Source of the DNA: Kofleriaceae bacterium
Lineage (GTDB): Bacteria > Myxococcota_A > Polyangia > Haliangiales > Haliangiaceae
Direction of reading: 5' to 3'
Assembly: GCA_035715365.1 (NCBI GenBank)
Contig: DASTLB010000022.1
Coordinates: 1 to 16,241 of the forward strand
DNA length: 16,241 bases
Below the pieces are notes generated by a model. The model did not search any database, had not been told where the DNA came from, and worked only from the letters and a program-made list of their open reading frames with translations. Shown here piece after piece: positions 7,288-14,944 of the stretch. Position numbers and translations under genes: made by a program. Position 1 is the stretch's first letter. Every line of letters begins with the position of its first letter.

Positions 7288-10071
7288 TCACGGCTTGTTC
7301 ACCGCCTGCGGCGCCGCGTTGCCGGTCGGCTTCGGCAGCTTGATGCCGCCGAGCCACGCGCGCAGCTCCGGCTCGAGCAGCTTGCGGCGCGCGATGCACT
7401 GGTCCATGCGCTCGATCGCCTGCTTGACGACGCGCGGTCCGCCCGGCAGCTTGCCGAACGTCTTCGTGACGTAGTCGGCGATCGCGTCGCGCTGGTCGGC
7501 TGCGCACGACCACGTGTAGATGTACGCGAGCCCGGCGAGCGGCCCTGCGGTGTCGTCGGTCGGCACGCGCTTCATCACCTCTTCGTGATGCTCGCGGAAG
7601 AACTGCTGCGCGACCGTGTGATTCATCCGCGTCGTGCTGTTGCCGAAGATGTCGAGCGTCTCGCGAATGTCGAGCTTCGGATCGAGCACGAGCGCGAGCG
7701 CCTGCTTCTGACGCTCGACATCGCGCACCGACGCGAGCGCCGAGAACATCTCGCCGCGCCGGGTGCGATCCGGCTCGGTGTAGACGTCCTTGCGGATCTT
7801 CTCGAAGAACTCGGGCTTCGCATCGACGGCGATGTGCAGCACGAGCTCGCGGATCGACTGCGGCAGATCGCGCCACTTGTCGGACAGCTTCACCGCCTCG
7901 TCGACGAGCATGGGGTCGCGACCGATCCACGCGACCGCATGCAGCAGCTCGAGCCTCGTGATCTCGACGTCGAGCGTGTCCTTCGCGCGCGGCGTGAACC
8001 CGGCCTTGCGCGCTCCGGGGCCAAACGTCGTGCGCACCCACGCCTCGTACTTCGGCAGCAGCTCGTCGGGCACGAAGTCGCGGATCCAGATCGAGAAGTC
8101 GAGCGCGGGCGGTACCGTGAACCGATCGTTGCCGGCGAGCAGCTTCGGCACGAACGACAGCGCGGTCGCCAGCGGCAGCTTGCCGCTCGTTGCGAGATCG
8201 GTGACGTCGAAGTACAGCGTGCGGCGCTCGGTCCACGACAGCTTCGGCCACGCCTCGTCACGCAGCGCGGTGACCTGCGCCGTCGTGTACGGCGAGCGGT
8301 AGTAGCCGCGGCCGTTGACGTTCGGGTGCATCCACCGCGGGCACGCCTTCGTCTTCGACGCCGGCAGCTCGAGCGTGCCGGTCTCCGCCGACAGCAGCGT
8401 GCATGCCTCGCCGCGCGCGCCGCCGCCCTTGTCGTAGACGACGCACACCGGGACGATCCACGGCTTGCCCGCCGGCGGCGTCGGCGAGCCCGGCGGCACG
8501 TAGCGCTTCTGCGCGAGCGCGACGCTCGCCTTGCCGCCCTGGCACGACAGCGTCGCGGTGATCTCCGGCGCGCCCGCCTGCTCGAGGAACGAGGCGAACG
8601 CGGCGTCGACATCCTTGCCCGACGCCTGCGAGATCGACTGCGCGAAGTCGGTCGACGTCGCGTTGCCGTACGCGTGCTTCGCGAGGTGATCGCGCACGCC
8701 CTTCTGGAACACGTCGGCGCCGAGATAGCTCTCGAACATCGCGAGCACGCTCGCGCCCTTGTCGTACGTGATGCCGTCGAACGCGGTCAGGATATCGTCG
8801 GTGCTCTCGATCGGCTGGCGGATCTGGCGCGCGCTGACGATCGCGTCGGCGTTGAGCGCGTCGTTGCGCATCGTCAGCTCGGCCTGATCGTCGCGGTACG
8901 TCGGATCGATCTTCGCCGACGCCTTCGACTCGACCCAGTTCGCGAAGCCCTCGTTGAGCCAGATGTCGTCCCAGTACTTCATCGTCACGAGATCGCCGAA
9001 CCACTGGTGCGCGATCTCGTGCGCCGCGACGACGACGTAGCGGTGCTCGCGCTCCTTCGAGGCCTTGACCGGATCGATCAGGATCAGCCGCTCGGTGAAC
9101 GTGATGAGGCCTGCGTTCTCCATCGCGCCGAACCCGACGGTGAGCGGGATCGACATCAGGTCGAGCTTCTCGTACGGATAGGGCGAGCCGAACCAGTCCT
9201 CGAGTAGCTCGAGCAGCCGCGGCGAGGTCTTCGCGGCCCACGCACCCTCGGCGCGGCGCTTCGCGAGCGTGATCACGCGCACCGGGGTGCCGCGCTTCGT
9301 CTTGCCGGCATCGACGATCTCGAACGGCCCGACGCCGAACGCGACGAGGTACGACGGCAGCGGCTTGGTCTGCGCGAACTCGACGCGCTTCATCGTGTCG
9401 GAGACCTGGCTCTCGCCGGTCTGCGGCGTGTTCGAGACCGCGACGAGCGGCTTCGGGACGTCGAGCGTCAGCTTCCACGGCACCTTGTTGTCGGGCTCGT
9501 CGAAGCACGGAAAGATCCGCCGCGCGTACAGCGCCTCGAGCTGGGTGAACACGTATGACTGATCGGCCACGATCTGCTTGAACGCGCCCGCCGTGTTCAG
9601 CTTGTCGAGCTCGCCCTTGTAGTCGATCGCGAGCGTCCACGCGCCCGGGTCGAGCGGCTTCTGCGCGCGGATCTCGAGGAAGTCCTCGCCCTTCGGCGTC
9701 ACCGCGAGCGCGACCTCGACGCCGGCCTGCTGGGCGACCGCCTTGCGGATCGTCAGCTTGCGGCCGTGCAGCCAGATCACGCTCGAGCGTTCGCTGACCT
9801 CGCCCGCGATCTGGATCGAGCCGTCGAAGTCATCGCGCTTCGGATCGATCACGAGCCGCGCGGCATAGCTCGTCGGCAGAAAGTTGCGCGGCAGGCGCAG
9901 CGTCGGTTGTGGTGGCGCGAGCGCGTCCCCTTGCTTCGTCGGCTTCGGCTCCGCGGTGCCCTCGGTGGCACCGGTCCCGACGGGCGCGGGCACCGTCACG
10001 CTCGGCTTGGGGGGACCGCACGCGACGAGCGACGCGACGAGGGCGACAAGGCAGCGCTGCATGGCGCGCAT
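7288..10071 (-). CDS. M1-family zinc metallopeptidase (aminopeptidase N-like) lipoprotein.
   Basis: 927 aa. Exopeptidase motif FGAMENAGLITF. Zinc-binding motif VVAAHEIAHQWFGDLVT…WLNEGFANW (HExxH-x18-E). N-terminus MRAMQRCLVALVASLVAC has a lipobox (LVAC). Confidence 0.9.
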   Translation of the reverse strand: MRAMQRCLVALVASLVACGPPKPSVTVPAPVGTGATEGTAEPKPTKQGDALAPPQPTLRLPRNFLPTSYAARLVIDPKRDDFDGSIQIAGEVSERSSVIWLHGRKLTIRKAVAQQAGVEVALAVTPKGEDFLEIRAQKPLDPGAWTLAIDYKGELDKLNTAGAFKQIVADQSYVFTQLEALYARRIFPCFDEPDNKVPWKLTLDVPKPLVAVSNTPQTGESQVSDTMKRVEFAQTKPLPSYLVAFGVGPFEIVDAGKTKRGTPVRVITLAKRRAEGAWAAKTSPRLLELLEDWFGSPYPYEKLDLMSIPLTVGFGAMENAGLITFTERLILIDPVKASKEREHRYVVVAAHEIAHQWFGDLVTMKYWDDIWLNEGFANWVESKASAKIDPTYRDDQAELTMRNDALNADAIVSARQIRQPIESTDDILTAFDGITYDKGASVLAMFESYLGADVFQKGVRDHLAKHAYGNATSTDFAQSISQASGKDVDAAFASFLEQAGAPEITATLSCQGGKASVALAQKRYVPPGSPTPPAGKPWIVPVCVVYDKGGGARGEACTLLSAETGTLELPASKTKACPRWMHPNVNGRGYYRSPYTTAQVTALRDEAWPKLSWTERRTLYFDVTDLATSGKLPLATALSFVPKLLAGNDRFTVPPALDFSIWIRDFVPDELLPKYEAWVRTTFGPGARKAGFTPRAKDTLDVEITRLELLHAVAWIGRDPMLVDEAVKLSDKWRDLPQSIRELVLHIAVDAKPEFFEKIRKDVYTEPDRTRRGEMFSALASVRDVERQKQALALVLDPKLDIRETLDIFGNSTTRMNHTVAQQFFREHHEEVMKRVPTDDTAGPLAGLAYIYTWSCAADQRDAIADYVTKTFGKLPGGPRVVKQAIERMDQCIARRKLLEPELRAWLGGIKLPKPTGNAAPQAVNKP

Positions 10072-10138
10072 GCTAGCACCGCGGCGTCAGACGTCGTCGG
10101 TGAGGGCGTTCTGCGACAGCGTGCGACGCCTGCGACGA

Positions 10139-11008
10139 CTACTCCGCGATCGCCTGGCCGCAGCAGTGCTTCCACTTCTGCATCGAGCCGCACAGACACA
10201 GATCGTTGCGACCGAGCTTCTTCGGCCGGAGCCGGGCGACCTCGCGCGGTGATGGAAACTTGATCGGGCGCGCCGCGCGTCCGATCGCCTCGGCAGCCTC
10301 GAACTGCGCCGCGATCTCGTCGAGCTTGGCGTCGGTGAACCACGCACGCGCCTCGTCCTCGAGCTTGTGCGCGAGCGCGAGGTAGCGGCGCGTGTGCTGC
10401 GCGTGATCGTAGTGCGCGACGCGCCGGTAGCCCGGCGGCACGTCGACGAGCGCGTTGCCTCCCGCGAAGCCATACGTGCCGACCTCGCGCGCCGGCAGCA
10501 GCGTCCACTCGATCTGGAACAGCCGGTACGCGACGGCGCCGAGCCCGACGAACGCGCGCGCCTCGTTCTGGTTGAACGGATGCAGGTATGCCGCCTCCTC
10601 GGTCGGCTCGACCGATTCGGGAACGCCGTACGGCAAGCCGACCGGGGTGCCGTAGTTCGGCGCGCGCGGATCGCCGCACACGGCGTGGATGAGCTCGTGG
10701 ACGCAGAACCCGAGCAGCCGGCTGTGAATGCAGCCGCCGTCGCGCACGGCGACCCACTTGACCTCGCCGAGCTGCTGCTGGATCCGCCACAGCGTCGGTG
10801 CCGCGAGATCCCAGATCACCGTCTGGCCCCAGCCGCGCATCGCATCGTCGAACCGGTACAGCGCTTCGATGCCGGCGACGCGCTCGTCGTACGACAGCTG
10901 CTCGTGACAGCGGCACGCGCACGGCAACGGAAGCTGGACCGCATCTACGACGGTGGCGGGCACCTCACGAGCTTGCCAGCGCGCGAAGCTGCCGTCGACC
11001 GCTTGCAC
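10139..11008 (-). CDS. SEC-C metal-binding motif protein with an N-terminal HExxH-containing domain.
   Basis: C-terminal RNDLCLCGSMQKWKHCCGQAIAE is a SecA C-terminal-type Cys4/His zinc motif. Internal FCVHELIHAVCGD is an HExxH. The GTG start at 11008 is uncertain; an internal ATG (MRGWGQ…) is an alternative. Confidence 0.6.
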   Translation of the reverse strand: MQAVDGSFARWQAREVPATVVDAVQLPLPCACRCHEQLSYDERVAGIEALYRFDDAMRGWGQTVIWDLAAPTLWRIQQQLGEVKWVAVRDGGCIHSRLLGFCVHELIHAVCGDPRAPNYGTPVGLPYGVPESVEPTEEAAYLHPFNQNEARAFVGLGAVAYRLFQIEWTLLPAREVGTYGFAGGNALVDVPPGYRRVAHYDHAQHTRRYLALAHKLEDEARAWFTDAKLDEIAAQFEAAEAIGRAARPIKFPSPREVARLRPKKLGRNDLCLCGSMQKWKHCCGQAIAE

Positions 11009-11038
11009 CTACACCGGACACCGCGCGACGCTGCGGCG

Positions 11039-11389
11039 ATGCGCAATTTCATGATCATCGCGAGTGTGGTCCTCGGTCTCGGCGCGTGCGGCAAGAAGGG
11101 CGGCGCCGACGACGCGTTGGCCAAGATGGAAGACTTCAAGAAGCAGGTCTGTGCCTGTGCTGACATGGCGTGTGCCGAGAAGGTCAGCAAGGAGATGGAC
11201 AAGTACATGGAGGAGTTCGAGAAGAACAACAAGGACGTCAAGCCGACGAAGGAGCAGGACGAGAAGGCCGACAAGATCGGTGACGAGATGTCGGCGTGCA
11301 TGAAGAAGCTGTCCGAGAAGGCGGGCGGCGCGGCCCCGACGGGCGACAAGCCGGACGAGCCCGCTCCGACGCCGACCGAGACCAAGTAA
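11039..11389 (+). CDS. Small secreted lipoprotein, Lys/Glu/Asp-rich with clustered cysteines.
   Basis: 116 aa. MRNFMIIASVVLGLGACGKK has a lipobox (LGAC). The mature part is charged with Cys in VCACADMACAEK and MSACMKK. It is AAG/GAG-rich, so local GC is lower. The track's larger 10367..11389 ORF is an upstream shadow extension. Confidence 0.6.
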   Translation: MRNFMIIASVVLGLGACGKKGGADDALAKMEDFKKQVCACADMACAEKVSKEMDKYMEEFEKNNKDVKPTKEQDEKADKIGDEMSACMKKLSEKAGGAAPTGDKPDEPAPTPTETK

Positions 11390-11458
11390 GCCGTGTATCG
11401 CCGGGCGAGCGCACGAGCTGTGCTTGCCCGCCGAGCGCGCGGCCGGTAACGCTGTGGC

Positions 11459-12313
11459 GTGGCCAGCTACGCGTTCCGTATCGTCAACGTATTCACCGTC
11501 GACGGCGACCGGTTCTCCGGTAACCCGCTGTGCGTGTTCGAGGATGCGCGCGGGCTGGCCGATGGCCAGATGCAGGCGCTCGCGCGGCAGATGAACCTGT
11601 CGGAGACGACGTTCGTGCTGCCTCCCGCCGGCGGCGGCGACGCGCACGTCCGGATCTTCACGCCGGGCTTCGAGATGCCGTTCGCGGGCCACCCGACGCT
11701 CGGCACCGCGAGTGTCGTCGCGCGCGGCCGCGACCGCGTCGTGCTCGAGATGCGCGCCGGGCTCGTCGAGGTCACGACGCGCGACGGCGCGTACGAGCTG
11801 CGGACCGCGAAGCCGCCGGCGACACGCGCCGTCGACGGAACGCGCGCCGAGCTCGCGCGCATGCTGAGCTTGCCGGAGGCCGCGATCGCGGGCGAGCCGC
11901 TGTGGGTCTCGACCGGCACCGAACAGCTCGTGATTCCGATCGCGTCGCGGGAGCACGTGCGCGCCGCGAGACCGGTCGTCGACGAGATGCACCGGCTCGC
12001 GACGTCACCGACGCGCGAGGAGGCGATGGCGTATCTGTGGGCCGCGGGCACCGCCGACGATCCGGAGCACCTCGTGCGGTTCTTCTTCACGATCGGCTCG
12101 AGCGTGCTCGAGGATCCGGCGACCGGCTCGGCGTGCGCGAACCTCGGCGGCTACATCGTCGCGACGCGGCACGCGCTGCCGTACCAGGCGACGCTGCGCC
12201 AGGGCGAGGCGGTCGCCCGGCCGTCGCGGCTGCACCTGCGGGTCGACGCGAGTGGTGGGATCTTCGTCAGTGGCGCCGTGATCGAGCTCGGTCGCGGTGT
12301 CGTCGACGTGTAA
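11459..12313 (+). CDS. PhzF-family (phenazine biosynthesis-like, DAP-epimerase fold) isomerase.
   Basis: 284 aa. RIVNVFTVDGDRFSGNPLCVF; ETTFVLPP; FTPGFEMPFAGHPTLG; EDPATGSA. These are the conserved PhzF/YddE family blocks. The start is GTG 11459, immediately after an in-frame TAA. Confidence 0.85.
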   Translation: MASYAFRIVNVFTVDGDRFSGNPLCVFEDARGLADGQMQALARQMNLSETTFVLPPAGGGDAHVRIFTPGFEMPFAGHPTLGTASVVARGRDRVVLEMRAGLVEVTTRDGAYELRTAKPPATRAVDGTRAELARMLSLPEAAIAGEPLWVSTGTEQLVIPIASREHVRAARPVVDEMHRLATSPTREEAMAYLWAAGTADDPEHLVRFFFTIGSSVLEDPATGSACANLGGYIVATRHALPYQATLRQGEAVARPSRLHLRVDASGGIFVSGAVIELGRGVVDV

Positions 12314-12359
12314 CCCGACAGCGACCCCGCTTCACAGCGAACCACCGGGCGCGAACCGT

Positions 12360-12371
12360 GAACGCGCGTTC
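12360..12371. promoter_or_regulatory. Perfect 12-bp palindrome GAACGCGCGTTC, embedded in the longer inverted repeat gcgaacc…gttcgcg. It sits between the PhzF stop and the downstream OMP gene.
   Basis: Read directly from the sequence. It could be a terminator stem for the PhzF gene or an operator for the 12404+ cluster. Confidence 0.4.
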
Positions 12372-12403
12372 GCGGTACGAGCCTTGCCAGAAGCCGCGGC
12401 ATC

Positions 12404-12970
12404 ATGCGCCCGGCCCTGCTCATCCCGTGTCTGCTCACGCTTGCCGCCGGCACCGCCCGCGCGGGCGAGCTCGATCTCAACCTCGGCCTGCAGGCCACGA
12501 CGACCCAGTGGGAGGCCGACCACGGCGGCGGCCCGACGCTGACCGGCACGTGGTTCTTCCGCGACTGGATCGGCGCGAGCTTCACCGGCAAGGAGCAGTA
12601 CGCGACGATCGACGATCGCTACCTGTCGTACTTCAGCGTCAACGCGGTGTTTCGCAAGTCGTGGGACCGCGTGCGCGTCGCCGGCGCGCTCGGGCTCGTG
12701 CACCAGCACGAGGAGCCGGGCACCGTCGTCGATTCGATGCCGGTCGAGTCGCTGTTCGGCGTTGCCGACGGAATCCGGCATCGCGCCGGTTCGCGCGCCG
12801 GGCTGCAGCTCGCGGTGCCGATTCGCGATCGCGCGCACGGCGACTGGTACATCGCGTTCGACCTCGACGCGACCGCCTTCGCCGAGGACACGCGCGGTCC
12901 GCGGTGGATGTCGTCGGCCGGGCTGTCGCTCGGGTTCACGCACGACTTCGCGCAGGCGGCACCGCGATGA
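12404..12970 (+). CDS. Small outer-membrane beta-barrel protein (OmpW/OmpA-like 8-strand candidate).
   Basis: 188 aa. Signal peptide MRPALLIPCLLTLAAGTARAGE. Alternating aromatic/hydrophobic beta-strand pattern. C-terminal …GLSLGFTHDF is beta-signal-like. Confidence 0.55.
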   Translation: MRPALLIPCLLTLAAGTARAGELDLNLGLQATTTQWEADHGGGPTLTGTWFFRDWIGASFTGKEQYATIDDRYLSYFSVNAVFRKSWDRVRVAGALGLVHQHEEPGTVVDSMPVESLFGVADGIRHRAGSRAGLQLAVPIRDRAHGDWYIAFDLDATAFAEDTRGPRWMSSAGLSLGFTHDFAQAAPR

Positions 12971-13332
12971 CGCGGCCGCGGCTGCTCGGCGGCGTGATCG
13001 TCGGCTACCTCGCGTCGGTCGCGGCGTGCATCGAGCCGCAGGGCGACCCGCTCGATCCCGCGGCGTGCCCCGACACCGGCACGACGCTGACGTACGCGAG
13101 CTTCGGCGCCACGTTCTTCGCGGACCACTGCAACGCGTGTCATTCGCAGGCCAGGAACGGCGCGCCGAGCGCGTTCCGGTTCGACACGCTCGACGAGGTT
13201 CGCGCGCACGCGGACCGGATCTACATCCGCGCCGCCGGCTCGAACACGACGATGCCGCCCGGCCCCGACGATCCGCCGCGCGACGAGCGCGATCGGCTCG
13301 CCGAGTGGCTCGCGTGCGGCGCCCCCGAATAG
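12967..13332 (+). CDS. Mono-haem c-type cytochrome lipoprotein, PSCyt1 (Planctomycete cytochrome C)-type domain.
   Basis: The ATG overlaps the upstream stop (ATGA). MTRPRLLGGVIVGYLASVAAC has a lipobox (VAAC). CNACH is a CxxCH haem-binding site. Downstream …NTTMPPG…LAEWLACGA matches the PSCyt1 MPP…WI..GA tail. Confidence 0.55.
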   Translation: MTRPRLLGGVIVGYLASVAACIEPQGDPLDPAACPDTGTTLTYASFGATFFADHCNACHSQARNGAPSAFRFDTLDEVRAHADRIYIRAAGSNTTMPPGPDDPPRDERDRLAEWLACGAPE

Positions 13333-13397
13333 CCGGCTAGTCGATCAGCCACGACCAGCCACGTGCCGCCAACTGTGGGCAGTGCCTGGCCTCGATC

Positions 13398-14870
13398 GTG
13401 GCACGTCCGGTGCTCCTCGCTGGCGGCGTGCTGAGGCTGGCTGCTCTGGTATCCGTGCTCGGGTTCGGGCTCGTCGCGTGCGCGACCGACGGCGACGTCG
13501 CCGGCGAGGATCCGAACGCGGGCCTGCTGCGCGACTTTCTCGACGGCAAGTACGACGCCGCCGGTCACCCGCTGAACGCGAAGGTGATCGAGGCCGAGGA
13601 CGCGTGTCCGTCGGCCGGACCGGTCGGCGACGGCGCGCTCGAGCTCCGCGCGGCCTGCGAGGCCGCGATCCCCGACGGCGCGAAGACCGGCGATCTCGTC
13701 GCGAACGTGCGGCTGCGCGTGCGCACCGCGCCCGAGCGCGGGACGATCGCGACCGTGTCGCTCGTCGACGCGAGCGGCAGCGAGCTCGCGAAGGAGACGC
13801 TGACGGTGTCGCGGCTGCGGGCGCGGGGCGCGTGGATCGATGTCGCGGCGAAGCTCGCGAGCGTGGGTACCGCGGCGCGCGTGCGGATCACGCCGGCCGC
13901 GGGCGCGGTCGTCGACGTCGACTACGTCGAGATCTTTCCGTCGCACTTCGGGCTCGTGATCGCGCCCGGCAGCGGCGTGCTCGGCGACACCGAGCACCTG
14001 ACGTTCGAGGTGCCGCGCTATCGCCGGCTCGAGACGCTCGAGGCCGACGGCGTCGATCTCCTGCCGCGGCTCGACGCGCTCGTGTCGCAGGGTCGCGCGA
14101 CGCGCACGACGACCGCGTTTCGCACGCTGATCGACGTCGCGGTCGCCGACTTGCTGCCGGATCGCGGCGAGGTCGTCGAGCTGCGCGCGAAGGCCGGGAG
14201 CCAGGCGGCGCGTGCGCAGCTCCGCCGTGCGGCGCCGGCATGCAACTTCGAGGGCGATCCGGCCGCGGCGACGAAGGTGCTCGTCACCGGCTTCCAGCCG
14301 TTCCCCGCCGACGGCTGGCACGACAACGTCTCTGGCGTCGCGGTCACCGCGATGAACCCCGCGAGCCTGCGCGACGCGCGCGTGATGCGGCTCGTGCTGC
14401 CGGTCGAGTACGACCGCGCGGCGGCGCAGATCGCCGACGTGATCGCGCGCTGCGCGCCCGACGTCGTGATCAGCTTCGGTCAGGGCGGCGGCGCGATCGC
14501 GCTCGAGCGGACCGCGTACAACCTGCAGGACACCGGCGAGATCGCCGGCGGCGTCCCCGACAACCGCGGCATCGTGCGCGCGGCCGCGCCGATCGACGAG
14601 GCGGCGCCGGCGACGCGCGCGACGCTGCTGCCGCTGCCCGAGATCCGCAGCGCGCTCGAGGCGCTCGGCGAGTCGCCCCAGGACTCGACGGACCCCGGCC
14701 GCTACATCTGCAACAACGTCATGTTCGTCGACATCGCGACGATGGAGGCGCGCGGTGGCCGCGCCGGCTTCATCCACCTCCCGTACACGACGAGCTTCGA
14801 CGACAGCGTGCGCGCGCGCTACGCCAAGGTCGTCGAGGCCGCGATCCAGGCGACCGTCGACGCGCCGTAG
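13398..14870 (+). CDS. Lipoprotein with a novel ~270-aa N-terminal region and a C-terminal pyroglutamyl-peptidase I (peptidase C15, Pcp)-like domain with a complete catalytic triad.
   Basis: GTG start. VARPVLLAGGVLRLAALVSVLGFGLVAC has a lipobox. The C-terminal domain aligns to Pcp: KVLVTGFQPF; PDVVISFGQGGGAIALERTAYN (Glu); DPGRYICNNVMF (Cys); RAGFIHLPY (His). Confidence 0.7.
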   Translation: MARPVLLAGGVLRLAALVSVLGFGLVACATDGDVAGEDPNAGLLRDFLDGKYDAAGHPLNAKVIEAEDACPSAGPVGDGALELRAACEAAIPDGAKTGDLVANVRLRVRTAPERGTIATVSLVDASGSELAKETLTVSRLRARGAWIDVAAKLASVGTAARVRITPAAGAVVDVDYVEIFPSHFGLVIAPGSGVLGDTEHLTFEVPRYRRLETLEADGVDLLPRLDALVSQGRATRTTTAFRTLIDVAVADLLPDRGEVVELRAKAGSQAARAQLRRAAPACNFEGDPAAATKVLVTGFQPFPADGWHDNVSGVAVTAMNPASLRDARVMRLVLPVEYDRAAAQIADVIARCAPDVVISFGQGGGAIALERTAYNLQDTGEIAGGVPDNRGIVRAAAPIDEAAPATRATLLPLPEIRSALEALGESPQDSTDPGRYICNNVMFVDIATMEARGGRAGFIHLPYTTSFDDSVRARYAKVVEAAIQATVDAP

Positions 14871-14944
14871 CTCACGGTCGCCTTACGACGGTGGCACACG
14901 GTTCGCTTCGTGTAAGCACCGTGACGAGTCCTCGCCTGCGCGTC

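Noticed and set aside
7585-9640. Plus-strand 540-aa, 170-aa and minus-strand 460-aa and 240-aa ORFs inside the M1 peptidase region.
   Set aside because: The M1 frame carries GAMEN and HExxH-E motifs and a lipobox. The others are antisense or offset shadow frames.
10367-11389. 340-aa plus-strand ORF.
   Set aside because: Only the last 116 aa (from ATG 11039) form a plausible lipoprotein. The upstream part is antisense to the SEC-C gene.
11530-13332. 600-aa plus-strand ORF spanning the PhzF, OMP and PSCyt1 genes in another frame.
   Set aside because: It crosses three independently supported genes in a different frame. It has an Arg-rich (RRRRRAR…) low-complexity N-terminus, and only its last ~120 aa coincide with the real PSCyt1 gene frame.
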